Source: Macrostomum lignano
Lineage: Eukaryota
DNA length: 64,000 nt
NCBI GenBank assembly: GCA_002269645.1
Contig: NIVC01001761.1
Location: 1-64,000, forward strand
Direction: 5' to 3'
Below are positions 1 to 16,000 of this stretch, piece by piece; the stretch's first letter is position 1, and the number at the start of each line of letters is the position of its first letter. The notes beneath the pieces are model-generated. The model saw nothing but the letters and a program-made list of their open reading frames with translations, was not told the origin of the DNA and did no database searches. Position numbers and translations under genes: made by a program.

Positions 1-24
1 TCATTCGCCGACCGGCACGCCAGC

Positions 25-1622
25 ATGATGAGCTCCACGCCCCGGGAGCCCAGCTCGGGTCTCTGGCTAGCCTGGCAGATCGCCTACCCAATCTGTCTCG
101 GCCTGCTCAACTTCTGCCTGGTGGTTGGCGCCTGGCTCTGGTTCAAGCACCCGCTCTACCTGTTCCGCCTGCTGCGCTGGCTGCAGACCCGCCGGGCCGG
201 CCTGCCTGCTGCCGCCAGATCAGCTGGACGGCACAGTCTACCGCATCGCCGAGAAGGGCGGGCTGACAAGTTCCGCACCTCCATTGCTGCTGATCCACGG
301 CCTGGCGGATGACGTGTCCAGCTGGAACAGCTTTGTGGAACTGATTGACGCGCAGGTGAGCGGTTTAAATTAGCTCACCAGTAAGCCCAGGATAAGCTAG
401 TAAATCTTAAACCATTGCCTGGATGGACTTTTGAGGAATGTGCGAACTGGATGAACCCTGGATCATGCCTTGGATGAACCCTGGATCATGCCCTGGGTGA
501 ACCCTGGATCTTGCCCTGGATGAACCCTGGATCATGCCCTGGATGAACCCTGGATCATCCCCTGGATGAACCCTGGATCATGCCCTGGATGAACCCGGAT
601 GCCCCCCGCCCCGACCGCAGCGAGCCAGCACTGCCTGGCCGTCGAGCTGCCCGGCCACGGCGGCAGCCTGGCCAGTTCGGCCGAAGAATTCGACCTGGAG
701 CCGCTGGCCCGCCGAGTCCGCAGCCTGGTCTGCGCGGCCGGCTACGAGAAGCAGCCGATGCACGTGATCGGCTACAGCATGGGCGCCTGCGTGGCTGGCG
801 CCTACGCGGCCCTCTACCCTGAACAGGCCGACCTGCTCACCGTGGCCGCCCCGTTGATGCGCCAGCCTTCGGCCACCGAGGAGGCCAACACTGAGCTGCT
901 GCACCGCCTGAGCAGCTGGCTGGCTCCGGCCAGCTACGACGAGCTGACGGTGGCGCTGCGGCACCGCGCCTACAGGCCCGTGCCGGTGGCCTCCCAGGTG
1001 CTCACCGGCATGCTGGAGGACCGACTGCCCAAGCTGGAGTTCCACGAGCTCTGCTGGCCAACTGCTTCGAGGAGGCCAACTGCAATATTCTGCTGCGCCT
1101 GGCCGAGCAGATCACCGCCGCCACGCACATCATCTGGGGCAAGCAGGACGAGGTGAGCTGCAATCTGATTGGCTGAGATCTGATTGGCCGAAATCTGATT
1201 GGCTGAGATCTGATTGGCTGAGATCTAGTTGGCTGAAATCTGATTGGCTGCGATCTGATTGCTGAAATCTGATTGGCTGAAATTTTATTGGCTGAAATCT
1301 AATTGGCTGCGATCTGATTAGCTGAAATCTGATTCGATGCGATCTGATTAGCTGAAATCTGATTGGCTGCGATCTTATTGATTTACAATAAGGCAGTTTC
1401 ATAGAAAAAATCACCGATTCCATTAATCAGTCTCCCTCCAACCCATTCCCTCAGCTATCCCTGGTGTCCCTGGCCGGCCAGCTCCAGAAGTCGCTGCCCA
1501 ACGTGTGCCAGTCGGACATTCTGGACGAATGCGGCCACTCGCTGGAGCTGGAGTGCCCCGCCAACTTCTTCGGCCTGGTGTACAAGTTCAGGAAGAACCA
1601 GTCGCTGAAGAAGTTCAGTTGA
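25..1622 (+). CDS. ABHD6: ABHD6-like monoacylglycerol lipase (alpha/beta hydrolase); exons 25-355, 629-1152, 1455-1622; two apparent frameshifts (~200-220, ~1045-1050)
   Basis: N-terminal TM segment, LLLIHG, CLAVELPGHG, GYSMG nucleophile elbow, THIIWGKQDE (Asp), ECGHSL (His). GT-AG introns join in phase 0. Homology continues only after a frame change at two places. Confidence 0.85.
447..600. repeat. 23-bp minisatellite CCCTGGATGAACCCTGGATCATG in ABHD6 intron 1
   Basis: About 6 copies seen directly. Confidence 0.9.
1162..1378. repeat. 15-bp minisatellite ATCTGATTGGCTGAG/AA in ABHD6 intron 2
   Basis: About 14 copies, starting ~10 nt after the donor. Confidence 0.9.
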
Positions 1623-1884
1623 ATTTTACAGTTTTACAGAATCAAGCATAACAAATATTATGCGTCGGAACCTCTGAAAATACCTTTGAGCACGCCCATG
1701 GCCCATGAGTACAACATATATATTATATGCACCGACTTCTGCTGTCTCCAGTGTTTAGTTATGAGAACGGTTTCTTTCAGCCGTTATTAATGACTGGAAA
1801 CCTTGGGCACTGCTGTGCTTTACTCGACTGTCTCCCAGGCCTTGTCTACCTGTCTGTCACTTTACCTCACCCCATCTTCCTTGT

Positions 1885-5206
<3,322 letters not shown>

Positions 5207-6124
5207 TAGTTGGCTGGCATAATTAATTAATAATTAATAGCAATAAAATATTGAACTAAAATTATTAAATCGAGCACAGAATAGAAACGTCTGCAGTGCT
5301 ACGAGATTAAGCTTCAATACTGGGCGTATTACAGCAAGTTTTCATTGTACACTTTATCTATCAGTCTTGTGCATATGCTGTGCATGCTCTGATATCTAAT
5401 ATTGCATAGATGTAGACTTTTCCGCATCTATATTACTGTCAGTAGCAAGCCTTGAATCGTGTGCGTCTCATTTCTAATGAAATCTCTGCCGTTTTTCTTC
5501 ATGCTTTTGCTGACCACTGCAAGCTGCGGGAGCGATGAGTTTTAATTTGCCTGTACGCCACGCGAGCCTTCACAATAAATTATAAGAAACAAAACGGGCC
5601 GTCCAATTTGGTCAAGAGGTCCATGGCTGGCGCAAATTTTGCCGAGAAAATCTCAATCTTGCTACTTTAGGTATTTCTGATGATCCAGTCTAGTCTCAAC
5701 TGAAGTCTTATTCTTACCAATGGCTTTAATCCGCTCTTCTGCTTATTGTTTATTATTAAACTCTTTGGTGTCTGCTGTCATTTTTATTGTTTCCTGACAC
5801 TGTCTATTAATCTCTGATCTACCCTTGCTGCTGTGTGCAAAGTTATTAATAGGGAAAAAATATACTATTGCTCTGTCCCACACTTTATCGCTTTATGTTA
5901 AATCTGTCATTCAGTCAGAATCATCGGCTCTGTGTGCATTGCTGCCATTTCTGCTGCTTTCGGGTTTTGTAGATTGGGATGGGGGATTGAGGACTGCGGC
6001 ATGCCGTTCGAGCAAATTCATTCGATTGCAGAGATGGGATGAGGGAGCTCTGGCTGGAAGCGTGTGAGAATGGGGACTGGTTGAGCTTGGCGTGTGAGTA
6101 GGAAGAGGGGGGCAGACACAGGTG

Positions 6125-6640
6125 GGAGAGGGATAGGGGGAGAGATGAGAGAGGGAGAGAGGGATAGGGGGAGAGATGAGAGAGGGAGAGAGGGATAGGG
6201 GGAGAGATGAGAGAGGGAGAGAGGGATAGGGGGAGAGATGAGAGAGGGGAGGGGGATAGGGGGAGAGATGAGAGAGGGGAGGGGGGTAGGGGAGAGATGA
6301 GAGAGGGAGAGAGGAATAGGGAGAGAGATGATAGAGGGGAGGGGATAGGGGGAGAGATGAGAGAGGGAGAGAGGAATAGGGGGAGAGATGAGAGAGGGAG
6401 AGAGGAATAGGGGGAGAGATGAGAGAGGGAGAGAGGAATAGGGGGAGAGATGAGAGAGGGAGGGAGGAATAGGGGGAGAGATGAGAGAGGGAGAGAGGAG
6501 GGGGAGAGATGAGAGAGGGAGAAAGGAGGGGAAGAGATAGGAGAGGGAAGAGTGGAATAGAGAATAGGGGAGAAAGGAGAGGGAGAGGGGGAAGACGGGA
6601 GAGGAGGAGAAGGGACAGGAGAACGGGGATATGAGAAGAG
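6125..6640. repeat. GA-rich ~30-bp minisatellite GGGGAGAGATGAGAGAGGGAGAGAGGAATA
   Basis: Seen directly; degenerates toward the 3' end. Confidence 0.9.
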
Positions 6641-8564
6641 ATGCGAGAGGTAGAGCAGCAATTATTAAATGAAAACAAACTGTAAAAGAAGAGTTGATCT
6701 GGTAGGTGAGGACTGAGGAGTTGTCCCCAGTCCTGGTGCTCAGTACCCAGCCTGCTCAAATCTTAAACAAGTAGAACCCTATTTGCGGCTAAGCAGCACT
6801 GCGCCTGAGCAAGATTAGAAGGAAGGGAGAGGAAGCCAGAGGGGTTATCAATGCAAAGGATACGCTCACAGTATCCATTGTTTACAAGTGAATTGCAGTA
6901 TCAGTTGGGCATGGAGTCGAAGGCGGTCAACCTTCATTAAGAATCTTGTCGTGTATTCATTATACGAGTAGTTGTTGAATTATTACTCATTGGACGGTTT
7001 TCGAGAGTCCGCCCGACTTGCATGGGGTGTGCCGCATTTAATCTGGAGTTCTTGATGTCTTGTTGTCAGTTGTCAGTTGTCTTGTTGTTACAGTATTGGC
7101 GCGCTTGTATGTTGCTCAGGAGTCAGCGGAATGGGCATGGAGTTGCCTCAGCGCTGGTTAATGCGAGACCTCGAGCCCGAGCACGGCTCCATAGCGCACT
7201 GCAGCAGCGGCAGCTCCCCCATGGAATTTCGAAGAGCTGCTTTTCCCACACCAGCTGGACAAGCACAAACAGCCGGTGGAATTTCGGATTTCTTCTGCTG
7301 GATTTTGGCTCAGCTTTCAGACCCTCACACGGCACCTGCAGACCCGCGCATGGCAACGCAAGCCGTGTCGCGGTCCGCTTCGGTTAGCCCAGCAGCCTCC
7401 CGATGATGCAGCAACAGCATCACGGATCCGGGAGCCCTTCAGCCCCCCAATAATATCCCTCTCCCCTCACTTCCCGCAGGTCCCCGCCGGTTTCCCATGG
7501 CCGGTCGGGCTTGTTGCGTGTCAGCCCGGTGGCAGATAATGAGCCGCAGACTGACTGACATCCGCCTTACAGCTTTGATAAGGATATCCCGGCAGCTTCT
7601 GCGGTGTCGAAAACATTTTTGCCGCTTTGGCCTCCTTTTTGTCTCGGAAATTCGGCCTCAAGGAGTTCTGGAAACTTGGGGTCTGGCGGAGTGCTGGCTA
7701 CCGGCCGAACCCAAGTTTCACTCAGAGACAAATAGGAGTTGTGGAACATCTTGTTGCCAGGGGGTCAAGAGTCCCAGATACCAAGATACTGACCCCCTTG
7801 ACCTCTTGACCTCCTCTGGAAGGCAACTATTGTAGTTAAGCGGTTAATCTCGAAGTCGCGGTGTAGTTGCCCCCCCACATCTTAATGCCAAGAGGGGCAG
7901 CTGCCCCCTCTGTCCCCCCTACCCCGTTCCGCAGTGCCTACCTCAACTAGTCATGAGCTGACTCCAACATGTATGCAGCTGATGAGGCTTTGGGGAAGAG
8001 CTGCTGCTACTCCGAATTCCAGTTCAAGATCGCCTTGGCGGGGGCATCCGGCCGTGGGAGAATGCGGCGGCAGGGGGGTGGGGAGCCCCGCTGCTGGCTG
8101 ACATGACAGCTGGCCCAGTCCGGATATTTGGCCAATTTGCGAGCACCGGATGCTCGCGCCCTAATTAACCAGTCCGCCCGCTTAATGAACTTATCAGCCG
8201 CAGCTCAGCGCCCCTTCCTCACCTGGCATTCCTTCTTCTGGGCTTCGCTTATTTTTCTCTGCTTCCGATAGAGCGCGGCCGCAGCAACCCCAGCCTCCGC
8301 CCGCTCCATCTGTCCCCCGCTTTCTCCTCTCCACCCCCATTGCTGCTCCAGCGAATGGCAGCCGAGCAGTGCCATTGCCTATTTCTGCAGCTCCCAGAAG
8401 CAGAAGCTCAATGCTTTGCAGCGGCTGCGCGCACAGGCAAATTCGGCTGTCTTCCGGAGACCGAAGCAACTGGCAATGAAGCGCCTGGCAACTGAGGTCC
8501 ACCCGTTCGGCGGCGGCAAGTCGTCGCGACTTGAAGGCAAGTTGATTTGAGCCAAGCACTTAGT

Positions 8565-9870
8565 CTCTCTCATCAAATATGGCGCCACTCTCATCAAATA
8601 TGGCGCCACTCTCATAAGATATGGCGCCACTCTCATCAAATATGGCACCACTCTCATCAAATATGGCACCACTCTCATCAAATATGGCACCACTCTCATC
8701 AAATATGGCACCACTCTCATAAGATATGGCACCACTCTCATCAGATATGGCGCCACTCTCATCAGATATGGCGCCACTCTCATCAGATATGGCACCACTC
8801 TCATCAAATATGGCACCACTCTCATCAAATATGACACCACTTTCATAAGATATGGCGCCACTCTCATCAGATATGGCGCCACTCTCATCAGATATGGCAC
8901 CACTCTCATCATATATGGCGCCAATCCTATCAAATCTGAGGCCAATCTCATAAAATATGGCGCCAATCTTATCAAATATGGCGCCACTCTCATCAAATAT
9001 GGCACCACTCTCATCAAATATGGCACCACTCTCATAAGATATGGCGCCACTCTCATCAGATATGGCGCCACTCTCATCAAATATGGCACCACTCTCATCA
9101 AATATGGCCCCACTCTCATCAAATATGGCACCACTCTCATCAAATATGGCACCACTCTCATCAAATATGGCACCACTCTCATCAAATATGGCACCACTCT
9201 CATCAAATATGGCACCACTCTCATCAAATATGGCACCACTCTCATAAGATATGGCGCCACTCTCATCAGATATGGCGCCACTCTCATAAGATATGGCACC
9301 ACTCTCATCAAATATGGCCCCACTCTCATCAAATATGGCACCACTCTCATCAAATATGGCACCACTCTCATAAGATATGGCGCCACTCTCATCAAATATG
9401 GCACCACTCTCATAAGATATGGCACCACTCTCATCAGATATGGCGCCACTCTCATCAGATATGGCGCCACTCTCATCAGATATGGCGCCACTCTCATCAG
9501 ATATGGCACCACTCTCATCAAATATGGCACCACTCTCATCAAATATGGCACCACTCTCATCAGATATGGCACCACTCTCATAAGATATGGCACCACTCTC
9601 ATCAGATATGGCGCCACTCTCATCAGATATGGCGCCACTCTCATCAAATATGGCACCACTCTCATCAAATATGGCACCACTCTCATCAAATATGACACCA
9701 CTCTCATAAGATATGGCGCCACTCTCATCAGATATGGCGCCACTCTCATCAGATATGGCACCACTCTCATCATATATGGCGCCAATCCTATCAAATCTGA
9801 GGCCAATCTCATAAAATATGGCGCCAATCTTATCAAATATGGCGCCACTCTCATCAAATATAACGCCACT
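8565..9870. repeat. 21-bp minisatellite ATATGGC(A/G)CCACTCTCATCA(A/G) with an 861-bp higher-order duplication
   Basis: The variant block GCCAATCCTATCAAATCTGAGGCC recurs at 8920 and 9781 (41 x 21 bp apart). Confidence 0.95.
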
Positions 9871-10640
9871 CCTATCAAACGCCACTCTCAGCAATCACAA
9901 CGCCACTCTCAGCAAACACAACGCCACTCCCAGCAAACACAACGCCACTCCCAGCAAACACAACGCCACTCCCAGCAAACACAACGCCACTCCCAGCAAA
10001 CACAACGCCACTCTCAGCAAACACAACGCCACTCCCAGCAAACACAACGCCACTCCCAGCAAACACAACGCCACTCCCAGCAATTACAACGCCACTCTCA
10101 GCAAACACAACGCCACTCCCAGCAAACACAACGCCACTCCCAGCAATTACAACGCCACTCTTAGCAAACACAACGCCACTCCCAGCAAACACAACGCCAC
10201 TCCCAGCAATTACAACGCCACTCCCAGCAAACACAACGCCATTCACAGCAGACACAACGCCATTCACAGCAGACACAACGCCATTCACAGCAGACACAAC
10301 GCCACTCCCAGAAAACACAACGCCACTCACAGCAGACACAACGCCATTCACAGCAGACACAACGCCATTCACAGCAGACACAACGCCATTCACAGCAGAC
10401 ACAACGCCATTCACAGCAGACACAACGCCATTCACAGCAGACACAACGCCATTCACAGCAGACACAACGCCATTCACAGCAGACACAACGCCACTCCCAG
10501 AAAACACAACGCCACTCACAGCAGACACAACGCCATTCACAGCAGACACAACGCCATTCACAGCAGACACAACGCCATTCACAGCAGACACAACGCCACT
10601 CCCAGAAAACACAACGCCACTCACAGCAGACACAACGCCA
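9870..10640. repeat. 21-bp minisatellite CACAACGCCA(C/T)TC(C/A)CAGCA(A/G)A
   Basis: Abuts the previous array and shares the GCCACTC core and period. Confidence 0.95.
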
Positions 10641-11281
10641 CTCTACCCCGGCCAAGAGTGGCGCCAATCCCGTGAATCATGGTGCTCATTATATTGTAAT
10701 TCTCAAAGCCGCTTTGCACCTCAAGTTAGCTAGAGAATCGGGCAGTCTGAACGCTCTCGATCCGCGCGCAAAAAAACTTCGTGCCAAACGAAACGAACGC
10801 TGCGGGAACATTGCGGTTGAATAATCAGGTTGTCAGGATTCCATTGCGGATGGGGGCAAACTCCCATGCACCATCCCCCTCATATGCCAGCGCCATCATG
10901 GGAACTGCGCGACTGCTGGGGTAAGCTGGCAGGGGATGGCAAACCACCTGGCCATAGATGCAGCTGCAAGCTGACTGTCAGGAGCCACTGCGGCTTGGCA
11001 AACTGCCGCGCGCACTGCCGCCCGTGCGCCTGGGAGAGGCTGTGAGGGGCGGGGCAGCAACAGCGAGCTAATCATCAATCACTGGCTGGGACCCGAGAGA
11101 GTGGGGGTTTGGCAGGGGGTGAAGCCGCCCCCAGCAAGATGGAGTGGCCCATTTTTGCTGGAATAATAGAGACAACACAGAATGCTGGGAGATTGTCGGG
11201 TGGGATTTTAGGTGTGGCTTGGATACCGCGAATTAGAATGCTAATAATGACTGCCTTGAAGTAATTGGCTCATTGTGCCCA

Positions 11282-11770
11282 GATGGCGCACCTTGCGGAC
11301 TCCTTGATGGCACACCTTACAGACTCCTGATGGCGCACCTTACAGACTCCTTGACGGCAAACCTTAGACTCCTGATGGAACACCTCACAGGCTCCTGATG
11401 GCGAACCTTGCAGACTCCTTGATAACGCAAATTGCAGACTCCTTGATGGCGCACCTTACAGACTCCTTGATGGCGCACCTTGCAGACTCCCGATGGCGAA
11501 CCTTGCAGACTCCTTGATAACGCAAATTGCAGACTCCTTGATGGCGCAACTTACAGACTCCTTGATGGCAAACCTTGCAGACTCCTGATGGCGCACCTTA
11601 CAGACTCCTTGATGGCGCACCTTACAGACTCCTTGATGGCGCACCTTACAGACTCCTTGATGGCAAACCTTGCAGACTCCTGATGGCGCACCTTACAGAC
11701 TCCTTGATGGCGCACCTTACAGACTCCTGATGGCGCATCTCATAGATTCCTGATGGTGCACCTCATGAAT
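11282..11770. repeat. 23/24-bp minisatellite GATGGCGCACCTTACAGACTCCT(T)
   Basis: Seen directly. Confidence 0.92.
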
Positions 11771-12304
11771 GCCTCATAGACTCCTCATGACACCAACCGA
11801 CCTTCGAGTCCGGACTCCCATAGAATATCCCATCCGAACCTCTGAAGGCTCATCCGGAAGTCTTACAGCCAGTAAATATTGCCGACTCGGCCCCTGCATG
11901 CAACCCGAGCCGAAGCGAACGCCCCCCACAGCCCAGTAGGTGGTCTCGGCTTGATTCCTCTTCGACTTTCCCCCTGCTTGTGTTTGACTCTGCAGTGAGA
12001 GCGAAAAAAACTCTGCAGGTTGGTCACGCGCGGCTCTGGCCAAACCCGAAAGCATGCCGGGTCCCCGGGGAGTCCCAGGTATCCGATAACAATAACAGTT
12101 CGGGCTCGGCACCGCCGCTCGCTGTTTACGTTTGAGGGGTAGCTGGCAGCAGATGCGGCAGATGAGAGGCCGGCGGGCTGCATTGATGATTTATGGAGTC
12201 TGTCTGGGTGCCGATGTTGTTAAGAAATTGGTAGACATGTTTCTAAGTTGAAGTAAGTGAGTATGACAGCGCCTGAATGTGGTGTAGCGCCCTGTGCCTG
12301 CGGC

Positions 12305-13039
<735 letters not shown>

Positions 13040-13042
13040 CAG

Positions 13043-16000
13043 AGCCGGTGCACCACCCAAGATCGAGCCAGAGTCGGCTGACAGCATCGCTAGCAGATCT
13101 GTGACGGCAGCCAAAGCCGCCCAAACTACCGAGTTCCTTCAGCAGCAGCAGCAGCAGCTCAGGGAGCTCCAGCTGCTCAATCCTTACGTCGCTCAAATTG
13201 AGTGCCGCCTGGAGAACAGCAACCTGTGGGAGAAATTCGACAATCTCGGCACAGAGATGATCGTCACCCGGGCTGGCAGGTACTGGCCTCGGTCTGTAGC
13301 CTCTCTCTGAGTCTGCTAGCCCCTCTCTGAGTCTGTTAGCCTCTCCCTGAGTCTGTTAGCCTCTCTCCCAGTGTCTGTTAGCCTCTCTCTGAGTCTGCTA
13401 GCCCCTCTCTGAGTCTGTTAGCCTCTCCCTGAGTCTGTTAGCCTCTCCCTGAGTCTGTTAGCCTCTCTCCCAGTGTCTGTTAGCCTCTCTCCCAGTGTCT
13501 GTTAGCCTCTCTCCCAGTGTCTGTTAGCCTCTCTCCCAGTGTCTGTTAGCCTCTCTCCCAGTGTCTGTTAGCCTCTCTCCCAGTGTCTGTTAGCCTCTCT
13601 CCCCGAGTCTGTTAACCTCTCTCCCTGAGTCTGTTAGCCTCTCTTAGCCCCTTTCCCTGAGTCTGTTAGCCTCTCTCCCTGAGTCTGTTAGCCTCTCTCC
13701 CTTAGGCTGTTAGCCACTCTCCCTGAGTCTGTTAGCCTCTCTCCCTGAGTCTGTTAGCCTCTCTCCCTTAGGCTGTTAGCCTCTCTCCCTGAGTCTGTTA
13801 ACCTCTCTCCCTGAGTCTGTTAGCCTCTCTCCCAGAGTCTGTTAGCCTCTCTCCCTGAGTCTGTTAACCTCTCTCCCTGAGTCTGTTAGCCTCTCTCCCT
13901 GAGTCTGTTAGCCTCTCTCCCTTATGCTGTTAGCCTCTCTCCCTGAGTCTGTTAGCCTCTCTCCCTGAGTCTGTTAGCCTCTCTCCCTTAGGCTGTTAGC
14001 CTCTCTCCCTGAGTCTGTTAACCTCTCTCCCTGAGTCTGTTAGCCTCTCTCCCTGAGTCTGTTAGCCTCTCTCCCTGAGTCTGTTAGCCTCTCTCCCTGA
14101 GTCTGTTAGCCTCTCTCCCTGAGTCTGTTAGCCTCTCTCCCTTATGCTGTTAGCCTCTCTCCCTGAGTCTGTTAGCCTCTCTCCCTGAGTCAGTTAGCAT
14201 CTTACATAGAGCAGGTTGACATCCCTCTCAGACTCAATATCAGTGCATTTTAACGAAAACTTTCTAAGAAGCGCATCCCCACGCCGCAGGCGGATTTTCC
14301 CCACATTCCAGGTGCGCCTGTCCGGCCTGGACCCCGATGCCAGCTTCATGCTAATGCTGGACTTTGCACCCTGCGACGACAAACGCTATCGGTACAGCTT
14401 CCACACCTCCAGCTGGATCGTGGCTGGTGAGCCCCGAATTCCTGGGGGGGGGCACCCACCGAGTCCTGACAGGCTGCTACCCCAAGCTCGGTCTATCGAA
14501 TATCAATCACTCCTAAAGCGCGGAACGGCGCGCTCATGTAGCGATTCGAAACTCGCTGAAGAGAATCGCAGCGAGCGGCGGTCCTGTTGCGGACTGTCAG
14601 TCAGTCAGTTAAAGCAGCAATGCAGAAGCAGTAGAAGTAGCAGCAGCAACAGCATTGTTGCCTCCGCGTGGGAAACGCTCTGACTTTCAAGGGGTTTTGT
14701 ATCGAACATTTCTTGCCCGAACCGGGGTAGCTGTGAGAGCGCGCAGGATTCAACTTTGAAACTGCGATCGACTTTGCTTGTGTCTGTTAGGAAGGATTAT
14801 GAGGCCTGCGGAGGCTGCAATGAGTTACTGATTAGCTTTGGAGTTGACTCTGATAGGTTCTCCGTGCTCTGTTCTGCGGAATGTCTCTGCTAAGTATAGT
14901 TCTACCTTTTTGCATGTTTTTACTGTCACCTTTGGAATTTCACTCACTACAGACCCTTCATTCTCTCTACAGACCCTTCATTCTCTCTACAGACCCTTCA
15001 TTCTCCCTACAGACCCTTCATTCTCTCTACAGACCCTTCATTCTTCATACAGACCCTTCATTCTCTCTACAGACCCTTCATTCTCTCTACAGACCCTTCA
15101 CTCTCTCTACAGACCCTTCATTCTCTCTACAGACCCTTCATTCTCCCTACAGACCCTTCATTCTCTCTACAGACCCTTCATTCTTCATACAGACCCTTCA
15201 TTCTCTCTACAGACCCTTCATTCTCTCTACAGACCCTTCATTCTCCATACAGACCCTTCATTCTCCATACAGACCCTTCATTCTCCGTACAGACCCTTCA
15301 TTCTCCATACAGACCCTTCATTCTCTCTACAGACCCTTCATTCTCCCTACAGACCCTTCATTCTCTCTACAGACCCTTCATTCTCCCTACAGACCCTTCA
15401 TTCTCCATACAGACCCTTCATTCTCCGTACAGACCCTTCATTCTCCATACAGATCCTTCACTCGCCCTAGACACCCTTTTTCCTTACTGAACCTTCATTA
15501 TTCCTACAAGCTTTTCATCCTTCTAACAGACCCTTCCTCCTTTTTACAGACCCTTCATCCTCCTTACAAGCCCTTCATCCTTCTCGTAGATCCTTCATAC
15601 TCCCTACAGACCCTTCCCGTTACCTACTTTACCCTCGCAAGGGCCATACCCTCCTAAACACAGTCACTCAGAGCCACTTGCCCCACTTCCCAGCTCACCA
15701 GCCACCCCCACCACCGCACTGCAGGCAAGAGCGACCCGCAAGAGCCGGGCAGGGTGCACGTGCACCAGGACAGCCCCGCCAGGGGCGCCCACTGGATGAA
15801 GCAGGTGGTGTCGTTCGACAAGCTGAAGCTCACCAACTACAACATGGACAGGAACGGGCATGTAAGAGGGTTTGCTGGAGTCAAAGTGTCCCTGGCTACT
15901 ATGAGTAGAGAGCATAGCCTTCCGAAAGAGTAATTCTTGTTTGTCTCTGCTGCCTCTCATGTTCCTTCCTTGTGTCTCTGGTGTCTCTCATGTTCCTTCC

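Noticed and set aside
7860-7940. MITE-like 3' end (GCTGCCCCCTCTGTCCCCCC...TTCCGCAGTGCCT)
   Set aside because: No matching 5' TIR or TSD found
7022-8559. Several 80-120-aa ORFs as a possible first exon of TBX1
   Set aside because: No recognisable homology and no ATG-containing frame ending in a phase-2 donor
8379-10675. ORFs such as (DESGAIF)n and (SKHNATP)n resembling antifreeze or surface proteins
   Set aside because: 21-bp minisatellite translations with no splice or start context
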